In this document: positions 1 through 12,400 of the stretch, one piece after another | Layout: the number at the start of each line of letters is the position of its first letter | Position numbering within the stretch: position 1 is the first letter of the stretch | Source: Perna viridis | Taxonomy: Eukaryota | NCBI GenBank assembly: GCA_037379345.1 | Contig: CM074517.1 | Coordinates: 48,778,577-48,842,576, forward strand | DNA: 64,000 bases | Direction of reading: 5' to 3' | Position numbers and translations under genes: made by a program | Notes under the pieces: generated by a model | The model's database searches: none | Told to the model about the DNA's origin: nothing | The model's input: the letters and a program-made list of their open reading frames with translations, nothing else

Positions 1-1089
1 GCGCGCTACTGAAACATAAATGTCGCTCTTCTATGTGAAAACCAATAATCAAGCCATAAAAATTAACCGATATCTTTGGCTTTTTGTATGATTTATTGTA
101 AAAATAAGTATTCTTTTACATAAATCTCATTTCGTGTACGTTTTTATGTTCCCCATCTTTGGATCATGATAGTTTTCCATGTTAAAATTTGAATAATACT
201 TTGAAATGTATTTTGTGCTTCCAACAGCTTTTTCGATAGCGTGCAACCTTTCTCTCCAAAAGTAAATTGGATGTCAAGGAAGGGCTTAGAAAACACTTCA
301 TTCTTTAAGACGGTAATTTAAGACCACTCAGATGCCGAAATCGGATGATGACATTCAAGTTTTCTGACATGTCGAAACAGTTTTATGACTGACTGTAATC
401 GAATTTCTGATCATGATAATGGCTTGAAATAGATTGAGAAAATGATACTGAATACAAACTGAGTTTTACGAGCAAGTGTGCTGAGTTGGCTCTGTAAAAA
501 TGTATCAAGTCTTTACTTTTTAATTGTCAGAAATAGTAATATTTTCTTTCCTCTTCTATTCGGAAGTTACATTCTCAAAAACAAATGCCATTTTAAATTA
601 TCACTATCTGTAATATTTCCGCAAGTTAAAAAAATGCATTTCCTTATCATAACGAATTTCATATGGTCACTGTTCGCATGTATTTAAAAAAGTAAAAACA
701 AATATATTACAAGCATCGTCAACTCTTACATTACTCTCCGGAAAATCAAAAGTTCCGCTTCAATGTTTTTGGTTGTGACTGTTACTGTTGTTTTTGTTTT
801 TCCAACTTTTTATTTTGTTTTTTTGTTTTTTGATTTCTTGTTTTTTTATTATTCCCCTTTCTGTCGAAATCAACAAAACCTGTGAAGACTTCATTTAACA
901 TTGGATCAGGTGGCATTTTTAAACTTATGCATGTAAAGGGGTGTTATACATCTGTTTTTGGGTACAAATGTAACTAAGGTAGTCTGTGAAAATGCTCTTA
1001 ACTCAAAATGTTTCTTTCATAATTTTATTTTAAAAATGTATATCACGAAAACATTAAAGCCCTTTTTAACTCGTAATAATATAACAATA

Positions 1090-1175
1090 GCCCTTCTGGA
1101 GCACCTGATGTTACTTCCGGTTTTTCTGGTGGGAGTTCATATTGCTAGTACCTTTTTTGCGTGCTGTCTTGTTTT
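1090..1175 (+). mobile_element. Fragment of an abundant bivalve retroelement-associated repeat
   Basis: CCCTTCTGGAGCACCTGATGTTACTTCCGGTTTTTCTGGTGGGAGTTCATATTGCT resembles the recalled motif CCCTTCCGGAGCACCTGAGTTCACCCCCGGTTTTTAGTGGGGTTCGTGTTGCT and sits next to the RT fragment. Confidence 0.55.
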
Positions 1176-1216
1176 TATATGTACCTGTATTTTTGTTATT
1201 CTGTTTGCTACATCGT

Positions 1217-1373
1217 TTAGCCAGATCCTTTGATCAAAGTTTCCGTTATATATATGGCGTACTTTTAGTATTATCTAAAAACAATCAAAGTTTCGGGAAT
1301 TTTATACATTGCATCTACCTCAAAGAACTTGAGATAAAAGTCACTACAGGCACTACAAGGTTAGCTTTTTTAA
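1217..1373 (+). pseudogene. Decayed reverse-transcriptase fragment of a Penelope-like element
   Basis: Translation LARSFDQSFRYIYGVL..NNQSFGNFIHCIYLKELEIKVTTGTTR matches the recalled PLE RT pattern LARSFNxTFRYIDDVLSLNNxxFxxxxxxIYPxELEIKDTT, with catalytic YIDD mutated to YIYG. Confidence 0.7.
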
Positions 1374-2221
1374 AAGCTTGCCGTCTTTGTAGCTCCTTAT
1401 TTTAATGTTTGAAATATATCAAGGAAAATTACAGTAAAGTATTGGCATTTTGTTTTCTGGAAGTTGAATATTATTTTAGTAATGTTTGCTACATGTATAC
1501 GATTATTATTTATATATCATATCAATGTAAGTTTAACTGTTTGAGCTATATTACTAGACGGTAGTGTCAATTTGAAGCATTGATGTGTTGATCTTAAATG
1601 TGCAATTCCTGACCTTTGATATGAAGTTTAATGTTTGACATTGACCGTAAAGTTTATTCATGGCACATCTTGTTTATGTAGTGAACAATCATGCCGTAAA
1701 TGACTTGTGTATTTGGATCTAATGGGTCATATCATACAAAGTTTTTGGGTCTTATTTCAAGGACATGTATGAAGTCTGGACCTAAATTAGTACAGGAGCT
1801 ATATTTTCTTAAGCTTCGCACACTTTCGACCGTTTATTCTGGATATACCGGTACCTATGGTGTTTGTTTACAGTCGTACCAAGTATCATTTATTAAATTG
1901 TAATAAAAAGTATTATTTTATAGTTATTATTGATAATGTAATGATTGTAAACATAAAGAGATCAAGACTTATTTTCGGCGGGAAAAGTTATCAAGATTAT
2001 GAAACGTTAAGCCCTTCCAAATCAAAAAGTCAGAAGGAATTCCAAAATATCGGAAGATCCATAAAGCAAACACCTGGTACTCTCTTTTTAGTTACCTTCC
2101 TCTCCCCCGGTCCGATGAAAAATTAAGATCGTTGATTTTTATCCAATAGCGGTACACTATTGCCCACTTCCGTTTCCCTTGACTTGTCAGAAGCAATCAA
2201 TCTTAGTTGCCGTCTTCCTTT

Positions 2222-2702
2222 TGCTTGTTTGTTCGTTGGGGTTTAACGTCCGAGCAGCAATATTTCAGCTATATTCAGACGATGAACATGAAATAATGAT
2301 GAAATGAAAAAGGGATGGGACATAAGGACAATGGGGTCGACAAATTTTGATTGCCACTGGAAATAGGGAGAGGTGGGTAGGGTCGTGCAATTTAGCCTCC
2401 TGTGGCGGAGCCCTATGGTTCCTACTCCGGGAGAATACCACAGTAGGGTTTTTTAACGTGCGAGGAACGTGGCATCTTTCCCAATACGGTGCACCACTAT
2501 GGTTTGCGGTCAGGTTTTCCGTATTATAGCCTGACAACTCCCGCATGTAATACGCCAGGGGTACCCCATTCCACCACCTGGGGCACACATCCCAGTTGCT
2601 CTGTGGGCAAAGCGCCTTAGCCCCCGGCTAGGGTACTGAGCACTATTTAGTCGCCCTTTATGACAAGCTTAGCGCTGCTGCAGGCCTATTCTTTTAACAC
2701 CC
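2222..2702 (-). mobile_element. SINE-like retroelement copy 1 (about 15 nt shorter at the 5' end than copy 2)
   Basis: Colinear with 5919-6408 at roughly 85-90% identity by eye; same (AAAC)n-type tail; no clear TSD. Confidence 0.88.
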
Positions 2703-3126
2703 ATTTGTGTCAGTTAGAGTTATTGCGAAATTTTAGAACGGTTAATCCCCTTTTCCTATCAATGTTTGTTAATATTTGAACATATATGTAATTCTCTGTA
2801 TTTTATAATCCTTTAAGTTGACATGGTTACAAATCTGTCAAAACATAGTTTTGTTTACAAACTGTAATAGGGGACAGTTCGGAAATCCGATAGTTAAGGT
2901 ACGGACGCTGTATTGTACTTGCCAGACTTTCATTTGGAATTTTCCCGCTGGTTTTTTTATGGAAAGCCATATGTATTTGTGAACTTGAATTATAAAATTG
3001 TATGCCATTTTGCTGAAATTCGGAAAACCGACAATGACATTTTGTGGATACCACATTGTAGTAGATTTTGAAACCTTTGCAGTGTATTATATTCAATAGA
3101 ACATTTAACTTATTATTGTGTTTTTC

Positions 3127-3592
3127 GTTTTAACCTCTACCGCTAGTTTCCCCGCAGTTCTACATTGCGTTTTAACCTCTACCGCTAGTTTCCCCGCAGT
3201 TCTACATTGCGTTTTAACCTCTACCGCTAGTTTCCCCGCAGTTCTACATTGCGTTTTAACCTCTACCGCTAGTTTCCCCGCAGTTCTACATTGCGTTTTA
3301 ACCTCTACCGCTAGTTTCCCCGCAGTTCTACATTGCGTTTTAACCTCTACCGCTAGTTTCCCCGCAGTTCTACATTGCGTTTTAACCTCTACCGCTAGTT
3401 TCCCCGCAGTTCTACATTGCGTTTTAACCTCTACCGCTAGTTTCCCCGCAGTTCTACATTTCGTTTTAACCTCTACCGCTAGTTTCCCCGCAGTTCTACA
3501 TTGCGTTTTAACCTCTACCGCTAGTTTCCCCGCAGTTCTACATTGCGTTTTAACCTCTACCTCTAGTTTCCCCGCAGTTCTACATTGCGTTT
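3127..3592. repeat. Minisatellite, 42-bp unit x 11, near-perfect
   Basis: Unit GTTTTAACCTCTACCGCTAGTTTCCCCGCAGTTCTACATTGC; only about two substitutions across the array. Confidence 0.98.
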
Positions 3593-5918
3593 GCATCATT
3601 GCTCTCTATTATGTTTATTGGCAACTTATTGTTTCTTTTCTTAATATGTTGTATCCCGTACTACTCGCCGTGATACTAAAAACAAAATGCACAATCAGAA
3701 TGTCAAATGACGTTTCGTCAAATCGACTATGACGTTGCGTATACATTGTATATCAAGTTTAAAAAAAAAACATTTGTGCGGAAGTAACGTCAAGCTCGCG
3801 AGATTGCTGATAACATGTTATCTGACCTCCGAAAATGGTTTTGCATATGGGGAAGGGCAGATAACATACAAAAATCATTGATTTTATTAAATATGCAAAA
3901 TCGGTGTTATTTCAATAAATTATGTGATAAATTTTAATATAATGAAGAAGTCACTTTATCATCATGGGAATGCATTTGACCTTTATCTTTGATCATGAAG
4001 TGGGTTACGTCCATATACTACTGAGCTTTAGACTTTTTATGTTCCACGATAAGAAAACAAAACCACTCTTTCAATTACATTGTCATAAATATGATATAAT
4101 AAATATATAATAAAACAATAATTGATCCCTTACAGATGGCCTTCAAGGAGACTTGTCCTTCACCACAATCATCTGTTAACACCATGAAACAGCTGCTCCC
4201 CAATCGCAACGTGCCTCCGTCGCTTAGACAGTCCCGTCCTTCACAGAAATCCATCAATTTATATATACCTCTACGTCAGCAAACAGTTGCTCCCAATCAT
4301 TACAATGGTCGTTTTACTATTGTTTTATTGTGTGGTGATGTGTTTTACTACGAGTGTTCAGAACACTGTATCTTTTATCTTTATCTTCATCTGGGGTGTT
4401 CTAATTCTCCGGAAAAATTACTTAACGAAGATCACACAATTTTACCGCTCTCAGAATTATTGTTTATGGGTTGAAGATAACTTGTATTTCATTGATATAG
4501 GTTTGTGAATGGCGCATGTGTGGTTAGTCTGTTATCAGCAGATGTTCAGTATCTTTATTCCTCAGATGTCGACGAGATTGGTTTAGCTTCCGCCCTTTCA
4601 TAATTAATTAATTGATACACTTATGATGCAACTGAACTATTTACATCTGAAATACAACATTTCCACAGATTTACAATACGACAAAACTATAATGTGAAAA
4701 TCATGATATGCCATAAGATGTTCGGAAAGACAGTATACATTGACAAGAACTCAAACATGTCCTGACTGTAAACTTAGAACCAATTTGAGTACTTTATCAA
4801 CAGTTTACACACTTTAAGGCGACTTGAAATAAACACTTAATGAGATAGTCGCACAGATGTTGTTAATAGATCAAGCCATAGTCTGAAACGCTTCTAAAAT
4901 GAATGCAGGATTGAACTGATGGTTGTTTTCTGATCAGACCGTTCATATGAAGATTCATGGGGCTATAAATCTCCTCATAGAACCTCTGTTTACTAATACT
5001 AGTAGTCTTCTTGATTGTCTACATATAGTTACAAAGGACTCCAATTTAAAGGCAGGTCCAATTGTTCCAAAACCACAATCAAGTCCTTACTTGTTTTGAT
5101 CTTTGATTTGTTTGTTTTCGGGTAATCAATGTCTGCTTACACAACTTCATTATCTTTCTTTGAATATCTAAAAGTTACATTATTTAAATCAGAAAACACA
5201 CGTTTTGTTCAGCACTACTTGTGATTCACATGACCGGGATATGATTGTTTGTAATAGACATTTAGTACAACTGTACTAATGTCACTTTATTCTCGTTTTG
5301 AAATTGTGTGTCGTTCAATTGCCGAAAAATCATAACAAAAACATGTTTTCTCACGATATTATTTTTGGAATCTTTAGAAGGATGAACAACTAATTATACG
5401 ATACTATGCAATAACGCTTTAATTTACATGCAATTGTAACTGTTATTTCCGGTGAATGTTGCGCAAACTTTTGATTCTGAGCTTGTTAAAATAACGGTGT
5501 AGAATCCTCTTGACATAACGCCTCCATAATTACTTGTAGCATGCTTTCGTCAGTTGTTCCTGTCGCATTATCAGTATATTCATTTGAAATTTACAATAAT
5601 GTGGGTCGTCGTGTTAATTGTTAATGTCTAGATAATAGCAATTTAGTTTTGTGCAAATATTAATGAGGGAAATTCTATTTAGATTAATGATTTGCTTTTA
5701 CAACATTTGAGTAAACTTAAAATTAACTAAAACGTCTGATAATTCTATTCTGATAATGCATTTGAAGTTTCCGTTGAACAATGTAGTAAATTTTCAACCT
5801 AATGTTTAGGACACCAATTTAAAATGCGACAAAGTGGTCAAAGAAAGGTAACACTTGAAAACATCGAATTATAAATGTGTGTTGGGCTTCGACAAGGATA
5901 TATTTGGGGCAGATGAAA

Positions 5919-6423
5919 TGTTTGTTTGTTGGGGTTTAACGTCCGAGCAGCAATATTTCAGCTATATTCAGACAATGAACATGAAATGGATGATAAAATG
6001 AACATGAAATGAAAAAAAAGGATGGGTTACAATGATAATAGGGTCGACAAATTTTGATTGCCACTGGAAAAAGGGGGGATGGGTAAGGTCGGGCAATTTA
6101 GCCTCCTGTGGTGGAGCGCAAAGGTTCCTACTCATATCGAATACCACAGCAGGGTTCTTTAACGTGCGAGGAACGTGGCATCTTTCCCAACACGGTGCAC
6201 CACTATGGTTTGCGATCAGGTTTTCCGTATTATAGCCTGACAACCCCTGCATGTAACACGCTAGGGGTATCCCATTCCACCACCTGGGGCACACATCCCA
6301 GTTGCTCTGTGGGCAGAGCGCCTAGCCCCCGGTTAGGTTTTCTGAGCACTATTTAGTCGCCTTATACGACAAGCTTAGCGCTGCTTCAGGCCTTTTCTTT
6401 TAACACCCGGACCTGCACGGGGC
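5919..6423 (-). mobile_element. Full-length ~505-bp SINE-like non-autonomous retroelement (copy 2) with 13-bp target-site duplication
   Basis: TSD GGGGCAGATGAAA at 5906-5918 and 6424-6436. Minus-strand 3' tail ...GCTGAAATATTGCTGCTCGGACGTTAAACCCCAACAAACAAACA. Central GCACGTTAAAGAACCC...TATTCGA..GAGTAGG resembles the Deu/Nin SINE domain as I recall it. A second copy lies at 2222-2702. Confidence 0.9.
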
Positions 6424-9400
6424 GGGGCAGATGAAAAGAAATACAACTGGACTTACATAATAGGATTAAAACTATTTTTATTTCATTTTAAAACAAGCTT
6501 GACGCTTGACAGCACTATTATTTATCAGTCTTAATTCAGTAAAAATAACAATACTGTATTCTTTTAGGAAAACAATCACTTAAGTATTCATATTTGTTAA
6601 CGGAGAGTTGAAAAGCTTAAATTATTTTCTTGTGTAGAAAGTCTGATAGTAATCAAAATTCAAATCATATCTAGGTCTGGCTGAACTAAGGATCGTATTT
6701 AGAAACAATACACGGCTGACCTGATTTATTTATTATTTAATAGCAATTTCATGAAATACCTGCTACAATTTTAATTTATATCAGTCTTCATATGTGCACT
6801 GATATAGTTGCAAAAATAACAACTTATATAATTAGAAATCAATATTAACCTCGATCGTAAACCTCGGACCATAACTTCTTTTAAAATTGTTCAAATTGTA
6901 TTTGAAATAGCAAAGGCTGAAATTAAAGTTGATGTATTTTTCTCTCTTTATGTTAGAGCAGGTAGACCGGCACTTACGTAAATATATATCCGGAACTAAC
7001 GTTCCCTTATAAAGATGAACGATACCAAGTGAATGCTTTCTGTTTATTGCTAAATTGAATTCATTACCATTTAATGAAGATTTTATGTTTGTAGTCTTTA
7101 CAATGTGTGACACCAGAATTGCCTCGATGATCTACTGCGTCTTGTGGTAGGTCTTATCTGTGGATATAAGAAAGGTGTTAGTAAATGTCAAGTGAAATTA
7201 AAGCAGAGTCATTCTGATGAAGCAGGGTACTTATTTTTGTCAAAGGCCAAGAAGTACAAAAAGGGTTTTTTTTACACTTCCTATGGTAAAAAATCTGGAT
7301 TCTTATTGTGGAAGATGACTTAGGACTTCCAGGAAGGTTAAACTTTGTACTTGAAATGTTTATATCCATACTTCATATATATTCGGTTTTCTAATTTAAA
7401 AATTGAAAAAGAAGTTCTACAATGAAGTAAAATAAAAACGTATCTAAAAGTAGTTAATTCAATACCGCAGGAAACTTGACGTCACAATATAGAATTAAAA
7501 AAAATGATTAAATTAGTCAAACTTCATACTCGTCTTGCAAAGTTTGAAATTAAAACGAGGTGAAAACTGCTGTAATTTCCTTAGCTGATTTTGCTTTTAG
7601 ATAATGTATCTCTTCTTTGTCGCTTTGTTCGTACATTCTAACGTCTTCGCTTTGTAGTATGTGCTCACATTCGATGATGATTCTGTGTATCTGGTTGTTT
7701 ATCAATATCTTCAATTTTGTTACAGTGATATCATCTAAGCAGGTTACATCACATCACTTAGATAAATGGCAATTAACGTTTGTATTGAAACACAAATTAG
7801 ATACGTTATCATTTTTGAAACCTACACTAAATTTTATGAAAGCTTTTTATTTATTTAAACAGAAATATCAACAATTATTACTGTATTTTTAAATGAAATG
7901 ATGCAGGTGGGATGCCAGACAAAATAAATAAGCTGCCAAAGGAACACAACAACACACAGAGGCGCAAAATAGAGCAAAAATATGCCATCCGTTGCAAAGT
8001 CTATTTATGTCATCGAGAACGTCAAGCTCCATTGGTTGTCAAAAGGAGATTTACGTCATCGAAAACGTCAAGTCCGATTGGTCGTCCGTAAATTCTTGGA
8101 TTCTAGTAGGTAATTTGAAGCAGAAACAAAATGGTTGAAACGGTTTGGTATGAGATTGATTTTGACAATTTAACTTAGTAATTCATCAGAAACATTTTAT
8201 AGACTCCTATATTAAAATTCATTTGATTGGGTTCTTTTTTTTATTTGCTTAATTCTTTTGTTCATATCGGTTTATTACATGTAGCTTTGTGATACGTATA
8301 TTGGGTTCAGTTGGTTTGGTATGTTTTTGTATTGTTTTGATCTGTTCCATGTATATTTTAATGATACTGTGTAGGCGATGCAATCAAATGCAACTGTGAC
8401 ATTTCTTGAAGTAACAATCCAATGGTAAAACCGAGAGAACTGCTTTATTGTAACAGTATAGTGTGAATACATGTATGCTAAATTGAAATATATTCTATAC
8501 CAGGTCTAGAAAGTCAAACTTTGAGACATCTCGATGGCAGCATACTACATTTACATACAGTTGATTGCATTATTTTTTTTAAGTTTTTTTGTGTCTTGCG
8601 TATATCTTTTGCGTTATCTAAAGGGGCCTTCCGAATAAAGGTGGAAAATTTAGTATTGATCAATTTTTTTTTTAACTAGAATTAAAGTAGAGATATTGAT
8701 TCCTGATTTTTTAGTCCGAGTTATACTCGTTTACTTTTCTTTCTCTCCGATTCGGTGTGTTACTGCATGAAACATCCGTGAATTATCAATGCCGTACATC
8801 AACAGAAAACGATAACAGCAGAAAATGTTCAAATGTACTTCATTAGCTGTATATGTATATATAGTAAGTTTCGATTTTAACTTATTTGATTTTTTTCTCT
8901 CAGAAAACAATCGTATAGATATTCGTTATAATCAAAAGAATTTTTTTCAGACTGATACGTCCAAGTGCATCGTATTCAATGTTGTTGGGTAAGCTTTTTA
9001 TCCTATTATATTTATTAATATTAAAACAATTATTTCCTCCTTGAGTTTGCCAATTTTAATTTATGTACCATTTTTCGATACATATATGATATATATTTGT
9101 TTGGATTTGTTTGCGTAGTTCATAGTTGTTGTTTTTTTTTCTTTATCATCTCACTTTTGGTTTATGTTGACGGTAAGCACGAATAGTGAACTGCTAATCC
9201 ATAACTAGGTCAATAATAAGTGCTGATCTTTGTTACAATTCGAGGACCATAAAACTAATTATCTACTCCTGTTCATCTTGACCGCCATTGTTTAATGTCA
9301 TAACGAGGTTGCCATGATGACATGTGGCCATGATGGACCTCTGCATTCCAATTGTGCTATCTATTGATCTAAGATATGCTCCCAATAAGTTGAACAAATT

Positions 9401-12400
9401 GTCCTACATCAAAATGCCGGCTTGCGCAATATATGGGAACTTTATTCTGATTTTAGTACCATTTTATGTTTGTTCGGAGTATATGGCGACATTTTATGTT
9501 CGTTGAGTCTTCCGGGCTAAATTGGAAACAAAGCCGTGACTACACAGACTGATTAAAATGACCAGCTGACCATGTGTTTGGTATTCGGCCTAATTTTCTG
9601 TCTTATCTTTGGAATTTCCCTACAGAATTAGTTTTTACATGAACGTACAATGTAACGCCGAACAATGAAAATGTAATATTCATATTTTTACTTTTTATTT
9701 GCATTTGAAATCACAGTACTTAATCATGATTATACTTTATTGACAATGATTTAGACCTATTATATTTTCTTAACAATCACAGATTTTTTTAATCAATAAT
9801 AATTATAAAATCTAAACATTAAAAAAAATTGTCGACTGGAATTCTTGCTACTTATATAATATTAAATCTAATTTATTATCAACATAAATTTCGATTTAAT
9901 GTAAAATAACGGTTTGGTTTCAGCATAATGGCCTGTATTACTTAGAAATAATGTAAATACTTTAAGTTATGATTTGGATGGGTGTGTTTTTCATTTTACA
10001 AGTGAAAATTTATAGTTTTTATTCTATAAATTATTGTATGTAGGATATTTATATTTTCAAACTATTAAGCACTAGATTGGTAATATAATTTACAAATTGA
10101 TATTTTTAAAGTAATTGTTTTATCTTCTTTTTATCGATGAATTATTAAAAAAAGGAAAAATCAAGTTTACATTTCCTGAGGCATTCGATAAAATTTTACG
10201 ATATACATAAAATTATTATCTAAAAATCTACGAAATATCATTAACATGTTAAAAACGAAAATAAGATTTTAGATTGGGAAACTTTAAAATAAAAATATAA
10301 AAAAACAAAAAAACAAAAATGAGAAATGGTAGTGAAAATTATTCGTGAAATAATATCCTTTTGTGAAAATAGAATTATTGCTCTAGATAATTACATCAAG
10401 ATTTTGCTATCAACGTGAAATGTGAGTTTTGAATTAAGATGACTATTAAGTATCGCACAATATTAGCACACAATATTAGAACTAATATGTATTAAACGTC
10501 TTAATTAAAGACATACCCTGGCTTCAAAGCTGTTGGATGAAATTCAATACTTATTATCTAAATACAAGACATTTTATTTGAAATTTTGTGGGGTATATAA
10601 ATGTCATCTTTAAAACATGTTGATACATTTTTTTTTCTCATTTTGTGAATTATTTCGCTTTTGTTAAAATTTGTTTTCGTTTCCACACAATGTTCAAGTT
10701 CGTCTCCCACTCACATTTTCGGTATTTTTTTTTCTTTCTTAACAAAAATAAATTCGTCGGAACATTTGGTTTTTAACCTATATGGTACAATAAGTTCAAA
10801 ATCAAATTTCAAGTCAAATCAAGGCAAAGTTAATTATTCGTCAAAACAAGGCAAAGTTAATTGTTCATTAAATTATAATACATTTATAATAGTATAATGT
10901 AAATATGGAGCGTTAAGGTAAAAACTTTACAGTTACATTTAGGTCTTGTATAGACAAATAATTGTCAATTTTCTCCTCTAATTTACATTTTCTTTTTTTC
11001 AATTCCATTCGATTTCTTTATTTTTTTTCCTTTTTTATTTGTTCCGTCCTTTTTTTATTTTACTGGAACTTTCTAGAGAAAAAATGTCAAGGCATGGAAA
11101 TGCTGAAAAAAGGTAGCCACATGATAACCATTTTTTAATGAATTTTATTTCCTAATATGAAAAAAGTAAAATTATATAAATTCGATGGTATTTTTTACAG
11201 TTGAAATTTTTATGTCGAACATTGAACTACTCAAAATAGCTTAGGAAAGTGATCTCTTTTTTAAGGATTTTAATTTTAAAAACAAACAAAAATATTAATT
11301 TTATGTATTTTGTTATTTGATAACTAAGGCCTACTTAGATGGAATTGAAATATTTGTTTTGTCCAAACGTCTTTCTAAACGAATGAGAAATCAAAACCTC
11401 TTAGACCTGTTTGAAAATCACGTGGTTTTCTACCGTTTCTATAGTTACTTGGCGAAAATATTTTCCTATTACAATTTTGTTCACAAACTTGAAGGCCGAA
11501 TATAGTTTCTCAACATTTTTTTTTGGGGGGGGGAATTCGTCATGTCCTGGTGTCAAACGTGGACAATTCCAGTTTTATCGCCCGTATTTATACATCACCA
11601 ATCCTATTTTCTGCTGCCGTTTTTTTTTCTTTCAAGAAATTGAAATAAGTATCCACGAACACCTCTAAAAATCCACAGGAGCAACAGCCTCTTGAATATT
11701 TGGTAAGAATGACAACCATGAGCTGTGCTAGTTCTTAAGATTTTCCTGGGAAAATAAAGGAATTAAAAAAAAAAACGGTCAGAATATCACTGAATAGGTT
11801 TGGGGAGCAATTTACCAACACACGGCACGACGTTTGAACCTTGACCTTTATAAACTCTCACATAATTGCAACAACTTCATTTCAGAAACTTTATAGTCAT
11901 GATGGACACCGGTGTCTTGACCTTTCATAATATTTGTTTCGTTTAGACAGGTTGAAGCCATGGTTACCTAGAACATTCACCTGTTCACTCGGGTTTTATT
12001 TTAAAAATTATGTTCTAAGCTTTGGACTCATAACAGCGTCATTATAGTTGTTCTTGTTCGGTGTTTTAATGTCATTCTATTTTCTGTAAAATAGACCATT
12101 AACAGCTACTATACATGTATAAAAGACGAACCAGATTACATTTGGGCATTAACACGGTTGGCATTCCTAAATAAAATCACACGTTTACATAACCAATTCT
12201 TTTTTTTTTTTTTCTCGTTTTCTCGTTGCCTGTATATTCACATATTTTACTTCACTTCTTCACAGGGTCTTTTTAGTTTAGATACCTTTGTGTGCACTAC
12301 TGTAAATATTCCTGAAAGATCTGCTTTTATCCTGTATTTATTTCGCAGAATTGCATTATCTTCCATTTTTGTATTACTGCTTGTTCGTGTTAAATGTAAA

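Noticed and set aside
3105-3732. 164-aa and 204-aa ORFs as proteins
   Set aside because: Both are translations of the 42-bp minisatellite; no unique coding flanks or splice context.
4075-5200. Possible decayed LINE RT (DFCEGRDCLSDGGTLRL resembling GFRxGRSCxDxIFTLR)
   Set aside because: Single weak motif with no following DxxKAFD or YADD; needs BLASTX to support.
2265-6356. Paralogous ~107-aa ORFs (MCPRWWNG...) as a duplicated gene
   Set aside because: They lie inside the two SINE-like copies, start at non-ATG codons and diverge by frameshift; the similarity is explained by the repeat.
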